Virus record (IMG/VR): IMGVR_UViG_3300010885_010158
Direction: 5' to 3' (one strand)
Length of the DNA stretch: 20,000 nt
Source: an uncultured virus (IMG/VR IMGVR_UViG_3300010885_010158)
Lineage: Duplodnaviria; Heunggongvirae; Uroviricota; Caudoviricetes
Position numbers and translations under genes: made by a program. Each line of letters begins with the position of its first letter. The stretch's first letter is position 1. The notes beneath the pieces were generated by a model. The model did not search any database and had not been told where the DNA came from. It saw only the letters and a list, made by a program, of their open reading frames with translations. This document shows positions 8,097 to 14,248 of this stretch, piece after piece.

Positions 8097-8253
8097 AGAT
8101 GCTGCCGATTTTATAGAATTAGATTTGTTGTGCGGTAATTTGCAATTAGAAAACAAGAATCTTATAGAAAAAAATAAATTTTTAGAACAAGAATGTGCTG
8201 CCATGAGAGATCAGATTTCACAACTTGAAAAACAAATATATGGTGGTCGATGA
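8089..8253 (+). CDS. Small coiled-coil protein, 54 aa; not in ORF track
   Basis: GAGGAG SD; MNKDAADFIELDLLCGNLQLENKNLIEKNKFLEQECAAMRDQISQLEKQIYGGR with heptad Leu pattern; ATGA overlap with the next gene. Confidence 0.7.
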   Translation: MNKDAADFIELDLLCGNLQLENKNLIEKNKFLEQECAAMRDQISQLEKQIYGGR

Positions 8254-8933
8254 ATATTTTCTATTTAGATTACGATCCTGTTAAATCAGCAGAATATCAT
8301 CTCGACAAACACGTTGTTAAGATGATTATCGAATATGCACAATTGTTATCGACTACACATCGTCTGCTCGATGGTGCACAATTTGTTGAAAAAAAATACG
8401 TAAATGGTTCATTACCTGCACGATATCGTAGTCTTAAGCGATGGAAGCTTGACGATGAACGTGAAAATATTTTGTATAAAGCCACGCATATCAATCATCC
8501 ATCAGCAGTATGGACTCGTTCTCATGCAATGAATTATAATTATCTTTATAAATTGTTTTGTGCTGTGTGTGACGAATACACTTATCGATATGGCAAAATC
8601 CATATGACAGATACAAAATTACGCAATATATTACGTAAAGAACCAGACAACATATATTTTGATAATAAAACTAAAATTTGGTTAGGACCAACTCCTGCAA
8701 TGCCGGACGAATGTAAAATCGACGGAGACTATCTAGCTTCGTATCGTAAATATTATATAGATAAAAAGGTTAGTATGGCCAAATGGACCAAACGACAACC
8801 ACCGCAGTGGTTTATTGAAGGGATTAAAGAGAAAGATGCCTACGTACGCTTACCGATGCAAGAAGTGCAATCACTATTTTGTAGAGATGTTAAAAATGTC
8901 GGATCGAGATCAACCAGTATCTCAACCGTGTAA
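8250..8933 (+). CDS. Pyrimidine-dimer DNA glycosylase / endonuclease V (DenV)-like protein
   Basis: MNIFYLD, DKHVVKMIIEYAQLLST, YKATHINHPS..W, EYTYRYGKIH, AMPD, YR.YY...K...AKW. Confidence 0.8.
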   Translation: MNIFYLDYDPVKSAEYHLDKHVVKMIIEYAQLLSTTHRLLDGAQFVEKKYVNGSLPARYRSLKRWKLDDERENILYKATHINHPSAVWTRSHAMNYNYLYKLFCAVCDEYTYRYGKIHMTDTKLRNILRKEPDNIYFDNKTKIWLGPTPAMPDECKIDGDYLASYRKYYIDKKVSMAKWTKRQPPQWFIEGIKEKDAYVRLPMQEVQSLFCRDVKNVGSRSTSISTV

Positions 8934-9087
8934 AGAATGTGATGGAGAAATATATCGCACTATGGAAACTGGCGGATTAGTTTCTGATGCTAAAGGAATC
9001 CATCGTAGAGCTGGTTCAGAATTCAATGATAGATTAAAACAGATCAAAAAGGGATCTGGTAGAGTTAATACTATTAAACATATTTAG
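8836..9087 (+). CDS. FmdB-family Zn-ribbon protein
   Basis: MPTYAYRCKKC...PCKEC signature. Confidence 0.85.
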   Translation: MPTYAYRCKKCNHYFVEMLKMSDRDQPVSQPCKECDGEIYRTMETGGLVSDAKGIHRRAGSEFNDRLKQIKKGSGRVNTIKHI

Positions 9088-9097
9088 AAAGTGTACT

Positions 9098-9280
9098 ATG
9101 ACAAGTTTTAGACGTCGTGATAGCGCTAAAAAAACAAAGCGCAAAAACGGTAGTCCTAAATTACATGAAGATGCAACATTACATGATGTTCATCTTCGCA
9201 AAATGGAATTAAAAAGAGATAAAAAATTTGAAAAATATAGAAGAGTTGACGAGGAAGAATTTTTCTCATCAAAAAATTGA
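9098..9280 (+). CDS. Small basic hypothetical protein
   Basis: 60-aa K/R-rich ORF filling the gap; overlaps the next gene by 53 nt. Confidence 0.5.
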   Translation: MTSFRRRDSAKKTKRKNGSPKLHEDATLHDVHLRKMELKRDKKFEKYRRVDEEEFFSSKN

Positions 9281-9947
9281 TCTTGGTTATGAAGACTTAA
9301 TAACGGAATCGACTGTAGATGGCAGAAAATATGTCACTCCAAGTGGTATAAAATATCCGTCAATTACCACCGTTCTTGGTCATTTTACAAAGCATGAAAT
9401 TCAAGCTTGGAGAAATAGAGTTGGCGAAGAAGAAGCCAATAAAATTTCTACAAGAGCCGCCGGTAGAGGTACATCATTACACTCTATTTGTGAACGTTAC
9501 ATAGATAACGAGGTAGATTATTTCAAAGAAGCCATGCCGCATGTGCGGGGAATGTTCAATACAATCAAGCCAATCTTGGATGAGCGAATTGGAGTGGTAT
9601 ACATGCAAGAAGTGCCTCTCTACTCGAACCACCTCAGATTGGCTGGCAGAGTGGACCTCATTGCCGAGTTCGATGGAGTACCGTCAATCATCGATTTTAA
9701 AACGTCGTCGAGAATTAAAAAAGTTAAAGACATCACAGATTATTTCCAGCAAGAAGCAGCATACGCAGTAATGTACGAAGAACGAACTAATAAACCAATC
9801 GTGAATCTAGTGACAATCATGGCTGTTGAAAATAGTAACGCACCATTAATCTTCATTGAACACCGGGATAACCATGTCAATGACCTTATACATAAGATAG
9901 CCTTATATGAGAAAGAAAAAGGAATTACCTATGACACCAAAAAATAA
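9228..9947 (+). CDS. PD-(D/E)XK exonuclease (RecB/Cas4-like phage exonuclease)
   Basis: R.Y.TP.G.KYPSITTVL, RGTSLH, E..LYS...LAGRVD, IIDFKTS, QEAAYA; exact start uncertain. Confidence 0.88.
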   Translation: MKNIEELTRKNFSHQKIDLGYEDLITESTVDGRKYVTPSGIKYPSITTVLGHFTKHEIQAWRNRVGEEEANKISTRAAGRGTSLHSICERYIDNEVDYFKEAMPHVRGMFNTIKPILDERIGVVYMQEVPLYSNHLRLAGRVDLIAEFDGVPSIIDFKTSSRIKKVKDITDYFQQEAAYAVMYEERTNKPIVNLVTIMAVENSNAPLIFIEHRDNHVNDLIHKIALYEKEKGITYDTKK

Positions 9948-10626
9948 CCCCACATCTCCACCAGTTCAACAAAATTCTTCTATTCAAAAAGCTTTTGTTA
10001 ATAAATCAATAAATTCTCTACACTCGTTTTATCTTAGCGGTGCAATAGAAGATTCAGCTGAATATGTTGCATGGTTTGAAATCATGCGAAATGCTGGAGA
10101 GAATGATGTGATTCAAATTCATATTAACTCTTATGGCGGTGATTTATTTACAGCTATTCAATTCTTAAGAGCAATCGCCGATACTCAAGCACATGTTATT
10201 TGCTCAGTTGAAGGTGCATGTATGTCAGCTGCAACGATGATTTTCTTATGCGGTGATACTTTTGAAGTTAGTGAGCATTCTATGTTTATGTTCCACAACT
10301 ATTCAAGTATGACACACGGAAAAGGTGGCGAAATGTATGATAATATTGTGCATGAACGTAAATGGTCTGAGCATCTATTAAAACGTATCTATGATGGTTT
10401 CTTGCGCCCTGAAGAAATTTCAGCGCTATTAGCTAATAAAGATCTTTGGATGGATGGACAAGAAGTATTGAAACGTTTAACAGAACGTCAGAAAAAATTC
10501 GAGAAAAAAGTGAGAAGCATAAAAAATGAAGCGGCAACTAAAAAGAAAAAACCAGTACCAAGTAAACGTAAAGTTCAGGGATCACCAAAACCTGCTGCAG
10601 GAAAAACAACTCCAAGTAAAAAGTGA
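9931..10626 (+). CDS. ClpP-like serine protease with basic C-terminal tail
   Basis: IHINSYGGD, GACMSAA (catalytic Ser), FMFH (His), DLWM (Asp); AAGGA SD before ATG 9931. Confidence 0.85.
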   Translation: MTPKNNPTSPPVQQNSSIQKAFVNKSINSLHSFYLSGAIEDSAEYVAWFEIMRNAGENDVIQIHINSYGGDLFTAIQFLRAIADTQAHVICSVEGACMSAATMIFLCGDTFEVSEHSMFMFHNYSSMTHGKGGEMYDNIVHERKWSEHLLKRIYDGFLRPEEISALLANKDLWMDGQEVLKRLTERQKKFEKKVRSIKNEAATKKKKPVPSKRKVQGSPKPAAGKTTPSKK

Positions 10627-10747
10627 TTCTGTAGAAAATGTGCTGCGAGAAATCACAGGCCAGTTTACAAATGTTGAAAAATGTAGTATAATATCCTATA
10701 TGAACGATAATTTTACTGCAAAAGATGGAAATACCACTGCCACTTAG
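10526..10747 (+). CDS. Possible hypothetical protein overlapping the ClpP-like tail
   Basis: 73-aa ORF; 101-nt overlap and an internal promoter make it uncertain. Confidence 0.35.
   Translation: MKRQLKRKNQYQVNVKFRDHQNLLQEKQLQVKSDSVENVLREITGQFTNVEKCSIISYMNDNFTAKDGNTTAT
10664..10692 (+). promoter_or_regulatory. sigma70-like early promoter
   Basis: TTTACA-17 nt-TATAAT. Confidence 0.7.
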
Positions 10748-11465
10748 TTTAGCGAGTTTAGCCTTATCAGCTATGATGGGCACTAGCACTGCTGCAACAG
10801 GCACTGCTGAATGGCACTTTGGGCCAGATGTTAGTGAAAACTATGCATGCCAAAAAGCAGAGATGTATGCTAAGATTGATGCTGTTCGTAATGCAATAGG
10901 CGAAAACATCTTTGTTGATGAATTCAGCCAATGTACTGAACATCGTGGAGATCTAAAGTGTAATGCTAATACAGCACTATATTCTACATCTGATGCATAT
11001 ATTAAAAGCGCAAAGGTTACACGTAAAGAAGTTTACACTGTATACGGTAAAAAAAGTTGTAGCGTTGATGTAGATGTACGTGTTACTAATGAACGACCAA
11101 GTATTGATGCTTTTGTAGATGGTAGATTTTTTTATAAGTCTGGTGAAAACATAAACTTTATGTTGAAAACCAACAAACCCACAAAGGTTTGGGCTTTCCA
11201 TGTTGAAGGTAATAGAGCTACATTAGTTTGGCCTAGTTTTATAGGCACCAATAATGCAGTTGCTAATGAATTAGCTATACCAACACCTGGATACAAAATG
11301 ATTGCTCGAGCAGGAAAGTTTGACGAGTCAGTGGTATTTGTATTTACGAATGAAGATCCAAAATTCATGCGTGATTACAATGTAGAAGATCTCAACAACA
11401 AATTAATGTCGTTGAAGATCAGTGATCGGCGAATTGTTCGTCGAAATCTTATTATTGAACAATAA
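10725..11465 (+). CDS. Putative exported protein: LPP20/FlgT-N-like domain plus C-terminal DUF4384-like domain
   Basis: Hydrophobic signal-like N-terminus; ACQKAEMYAKIDAV helix; YKSGENINF...LVWP...IP..GY pattern. Confidence 0.6.
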   Translation: MEIPLPLSLASLALSAMMGTSTAATGTAEWHFGPDVSENYACQKAEMYAKIDAVRNAIGENIFVDEFSQCTEHRGDLKCNANTALYSTSDAYIKSAKVTRKEVYTVYGKKSCSVDVDVRVTNERPSIDAFVDGRFFYKSGENINFMLKTNKPTKVWAFHVEGNRATLVWPSFIGTNNAVANELAIPTPGYKMIARAGKFDESVVFVFTNEDPKFMRDYNVEDLNNKLMSLKISDRRIVRRNLIIEQ

Positions 11466-11474
11466 GGATATATT

Positions 11475-12194
11475 ATGAAGAAGTTAGTTATAGCAACATG
11501 TATCGCTGCAGCCTTAACTGGATGTGCTGGTACAAAAAGCTTAGTGGGTGAAAAAGCAGAATGGCAGCAAGGATCTGAAAAGGTCGATGTAGCACTTGCA
11601 CCTGAATGGTTTACGATGTACCTAACTAAGGATGATGGTTACATTTATGCAAATGCGACTGAATTCTCGATGGATCTACAATTTGCCATTGATAAAGCAA
11701 CGATGAGCGCTAAGCGTCAATTAGCAACTCAAGTCAATAATCAAGTTGAAAGCATGATGAAAGAATACACTGCTGAAGCTGGTTTAGGACCAGATGCAGA
11801 TATTCAACGTGAAGTCGAACGTACTACACGCACAATCACCAATACAACATTGATGGTAGGATTTAAACGAGATAAGTTTGAGATCCGCAAAGAAGGTAAA
11901 GGATATCGCGTATATACACGAATGATTTTCCCTTATAATGATACCAACAAACTTATGTCGCAAGCTATTAAAGACAACAAAGTCCTTAAAAGCAAGTTTG
12001 ACAAATCTAATGCTTTTAAAGAACTAGATAGAGAAGTTGGTAATGAACCAGCAAAGGTAGATGCTCCCAAGAGCGTATCTCAGAGAGCCCAGGAACTCCC
12101 CCACAACACTATTAGTGATGCCAAAGTTAAGAAACAAGTAGAGGATGCAATAGCTCGCGGGGACGCAGTTATTATGACACAAACTCTAAATTAA
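11475..12194 (+). CDS. Lipoprotein (LPP20-like)
   Basis: MKK, hydrophobic stretch and LTGC lipobox; APEWF...LQFAIDKA...AKRQLA pattern; TAAGGA SD. Confidence 0.8.
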   Translation: MKKLVIATCIAAALTGCAGTKSLVGEKAEWQQGSEKVDVALAPEWFTMYLTKDDGYIYANATEFSMDLQFAIDKATMSAKRQLATQVNNQVESMMKEYTAEAGLGPDADIQREVERTTRTITNTTLMVGFKRDKFEIRKEGKGYRVYTRMIFPYNDTNKLMSQAIKDNKVLKSKFDKSNAFKELDREVGNEPAKVDAPKSVSQRAQELPHNTISDAKVKKQVEDAIARGDAVIMTQTLN

Positions 12195-12197
12195 GCA

Positions 12198-12226
12198 TGT
12201 ACAGCGAGTTATTTTTATGGTATAAT
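12198..12226 (+). promoter_or_regulatory. sigma70-like early promoter
   Basis: TGTACA-17 nt-TATAAT with TG extension; 30/32 identical to the copy at 5236. Confidence 0.8.
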
Positions 12227-12261
12227 ATATCCATATATGATGATAATTTGCGAGGTATAAT

Positions 12262-12525
12262 ATGGCTTTAGATATTGAAGAAGTAAAGAAACAGGTTGAG
12301 CAACAAGTAGAAAAAACCAATACGACTGTGCAAGATGACGGTTGGGGAAAAGCATTTGATGATATAATTCAAGGCGACTTTTCTGGTTTTTCTACATTGA
12401 TTGTTGTTTTGTTGTTTGTGCTACTACTCAAACCTATCTTGTATTTGCTACAGTATGTGGTTGCTGGTTTAATAATTTTTATGATTGTCAAATATTTTCT
12501 ATTTTATAGTGCAGCAACAGTATGA
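12262..12525 (+). CDS. Small membrane protein (2 TM)
   Basis: GAGG SD; two C-terminal hydrophobic segments. Confidence 0.75.
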   Translation: MALDIEEVKKQVEQQVEKTNTTVQDDGWGKAFDDIIQGDFSGFSTLIVVLLFVLLLKPILYLLQYVVAGLIIFMIVKYFLFYSAATV

Positions 12526-13073
12526 ACGATAAAAATTCAAGATACGTCTTAGACGTTTTATCAGATATAAATTTGCATACAACTTATGCTATTGACGAAA
12601 GTTATTTAGAAAAGGCAAATGCGAAGGCAAAATCTTATAAAGATAATAATGGCAAATCTAGAACATATGAAGAAAAACGTCTTGATATAGATTGTGAATT
12701 CGCTGATGAGATTGTTAATCACTCAGCAAAAGATGTTATTTTGCCTTCTACAGAATTGCGCAAGCATGATTTTAGAATTAAAAAACTGCCTGAGAATGTT
12801 GAATGGGCGGTAGACAATAAAGTTTTACATGATTCAGAATTTTATTTGCATATGAATAAATATACGCAATATTTAGAATCGTATAGACAAGGACAATTGC
12901 ATTACTTCGCTTTTTGGAAGTTTATGGATCGTCCAACTAAACCTTTAAAATTAGGTGATAAACCTGAAATGTTGGTGTTATCAGTCATACCAGCTGGAGA
13001 ATTGCTATTGAAAATGTGTGATCCTAAAAAAATGACTAAAGATGGTGAAAAATTCAAAGTTAAAGTAATTTAA
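12522..13073 (+). CDS. Hypothetical protein, possibly PD-(D/E)XK nuclease-like
   Basis: 183-aa ORF with ATGA overlap; HDF...VDNK spacing resembles PD..D/ExK. Confidence 0.6.
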   Translation: MNDKNSRYVLDVLSDINLHTTYAIDESYLEKANAKAKSYKDNNGKSRTYEEKRLDIDCEFADEIVNHSAKDVILPSTELRKHDFRIKKLPENVEWAVDNKVLHDSEFYLHMNKYTQYLESYRQGQLHYFAFWKFMDRPTKPLKLGDKPEMLVLSVIPAGELLLKMCDPKKMTKDGEKFKVKVI

Positions 13074-13088
13074 TATATAGATAAATCT

Positions 13089-13160
13089 ATGAACAAACAT
13101 TATATACACTCAACAAGATTATCATGCTTATGGCTTGAGGATGTGTCACGGGGTATGTAA
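13089..13160 (+). promoter_or_regulatory. Candidate attenuator leader peptide, 23 aa (MNKHYIHSTRLSCLWLEDVSRGM); not in ORF track
   Basis: Open ATG..TAA frame; last codons (CGGGGT) are complementary to the 5' arm of the downstream terminator; codons match downstream tRNA anticodons. Confidence 0.6.
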
Positions 13161-13181
13161 AAGTAAATTAACTAATACATT

Positions 13182-13217
13182 AAAACCCCGGACTTAAAAC
13201 CTCCGGGGTTTTTTTTT
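13182..13217 (+). terminator. Intrinsic terminator immediately upstream of the tRNA array
   Basis: AAAACCCCGGA/TCCGGGGTTTT 11-bp stem and a 9-T run, ending 5 nt before tRNA-Ser. Confidence 0.9.
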
Positions 13218-13222
13218 GTTTT

Positions 13223-13310
13223 GGAAGTGTGGATGAGTGGTTTAAATCAGCAGTCTTGAAAACTGCCGTGTCGAAAGGCACCGTGAGTTCGAATCTCACC
13301 GCTTCCGCCA
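13223..13310 (+). tRNA. tRNA-Ser(TGA)
   Basis: Cloverleaf; GCAGT-CT TGA AA-ACTGC; long variable arm; G73; CCA. Confidence 0.95.
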
Positions 13311-13311
13311 A

Positions 13312-13386
13312 GGGCCATTAGCTTAATGGTAAAGCAGTCGACTCATAATCGATTGAGTGATAGTTCAATTCTATCATGGCCCACCA
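13312..13386 (+). tRNA. tRNA-Ile2(CAT) (lysidine type, reads ATA)
   Basis: CT CAT AA loop; paired G1-C72 and C4/C5 in the acceptor stem as in ileX-type tRNAs; CCA. Confidence 0.8.
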
Positions 13387-13392
13387 AGTTAC

Positions 13393-13467
13393 ACCCTTGT
13401 AGGCTAAATGGTAAAGCCACTAACTTCATGAGAGTTAGGTTTCTTGGTTCGAATCCAAGCAAGGGTA
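13393..13467 (+). tRNA. Atypical tRNA-like gene with expanded anticodon loop, undetermined isotype, no CCA
   Basis: ACCCTTG/CAAGGGT acceptor, GGCT/AGCC D-stem, CTAAC/GTTAG stem with 9-nt loop TTCATGAGA, CTTGG-TTCGAAT-CCAAG T-arm. Confidence 0.75.
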
Positions 13468-13468
13468 T

Positions 13469-13553
13469 GCGAGTATGGTGAAATAGGTAGACACAAGAGA
13501 CTTAAAATCTCTCGACGCAAGTCGTGCCAGTTCGATTCTGGCTACTCGCACCA
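13469..13553 (+). tRNA. tRNA-Leu(TAA)
   Basis: AGAGA-CT TAA AA-TCTCT; long variable arm; A73; CCA. Confidence 0.95.
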
Positions 13554-13557
13554 AGAT

Positions 13558-13634
13558 ACGACTATAGCTCAGACGGATAGAGCAACAGCCTTCTAAGCTG
13601 TGGGTCGCACGTTCGAATCGTGCTAGTCGTGCCA
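13558..13634 (+). tRNA. tRNA-Arg(TCT)
   Basis: ACAGC-CT TCT AA-GCTGT; CCA. Confidence 0.95.
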
Positions 13635-13649
13635 TAAGATTTTTTTGGT

Positions 13650-13723
13650 GTGGCCATGATGTAATGGTAGCATCTCAGACTGTGATTCTGATCGCACGGG
13701 TTCAAATCCCGTTGGTCACCCCA
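13650..13723 (+). tRNA. tRNA-His(GTG)
   Basis: TCAGA-CT GTG AT-TCTGA; C73; CCA; T rather than G at position -1. Confidence 0.93.
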
Positions 13724-13735
13724 AAGAAATTTTAT

Positions 13736-13809
13736 TCCTCGATGGTGTAATGGCAGCATAGCGGTCTCCAAAACCGTTGGTTGGGGTTCGAGTCCCTATC
13801 GGGGGGCCA
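13736..13809 (+). tRNA. tRNA-Trp(CCA)
   Basis: GCGGT-CT CCA AA-ACCGT; G73; CCA. Confidence 0.93.
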
Positions 13810-13811
13810 AG

Positions 13812-13886
13812 AGTGAGATGACAGAATGGCAATGTCGCAGTCTGCAAAACTGTTGTTCGTGGGTTCGATTCCCACTCTCACTTCCA
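13812..13886 (+). tRNA. tRNA-Cys(GCA)
   Basis: GCAGT-CT GCA AA-ACTGT; U73; CCA. Confidence 0.93.
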
Positions 13887-13907
13887 TATTAGAACTTAAG
13901 ACTAATA

Positions 13908-13936
13908 TGTACAACGAGAAAAAAATATGGTATAAT
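13908..13936 (+). promoter_or_regulatory. sigma70-like promoter inside the tRNA array
   Basis: TGTACA-17 nt-TATAAT with TG extension; predicted start about 13942-13943. Confidence 0.8.
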
Positions 13937-13941
13937 AATAC

Positions 13942-14171
13942 CATAATCAGATTTAATTGCATTGGTTACCAAGCCAGTAGGTAATTTAGCAGTGAATAAC
14001 CAGTTGACGGACTGGCACTTCTAAGTTACACGAAAGATGGAAACGAAGTCACTTAGTGACGGATACGGTGGTCACGCTGGAACAAGTTGGCAAGTAATGT
14101 GTGCGAAAGACAAATACGTAGACGATACGTTAGGTTTTTTCAAACATCCAGTGCAATTAAATGTGATTATG
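13942..14171 (+). ncRNA. Unidentified structured RNA 1 (about 230 nt)
   Basis: 24-bp closing stem 13942-13965/14148-14171 (one mismatch, one G-U) starting at the predicted TSS; several internal hairpins. Confidence 0.65.
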
Positions 14172-14173
14172 AT

Positions 14174-14248
14174 GCTCGGTTCGTCTATCGGTTAGGACAT
14201 TGCCCTTTCACGGCAGTAAGACCAGTTCGATTCTGGTACCGAGTGCCA
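14174..14248 (+). tRNA. tRNA-Glu(TTC)
   Basis: TTGCC-CT TTC AC-GGCAG; CCA. Confidence 0.93.

Noticed and set aside
9228..9947. Cas4 and a CRISPR system
   Set aside because: No four-Cys Fe-S cluster pattern, no other cas genes and no repeat-spacer array in the window; the repeated motifs are promoters.
11475..12525. Spanin/holin lysis cassette
   Set aside because: No endolysin nearby, the lipoprotein is too long for a typical o-spanin and lacks a u-spanin C-terminal TM, and the genes follow early-type promoters.
13393..13467. Selenocysteine or opal-suppressor tRNA (TCA in the loop) and a recoded genetic code
   Set aside because: No long variable arm or extended acceptor stem, and TCA is not centred. 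TGA, TAG and TAA all end genes normally and conserved genes are uninterrupted.
13435..13962. Minus-strand ORFs 13435-13635, 13562-13771 and 13732-13962
   Set aside because: Antisense shadows of tRNA genes, with no SD and against the uniform + strand orientation.
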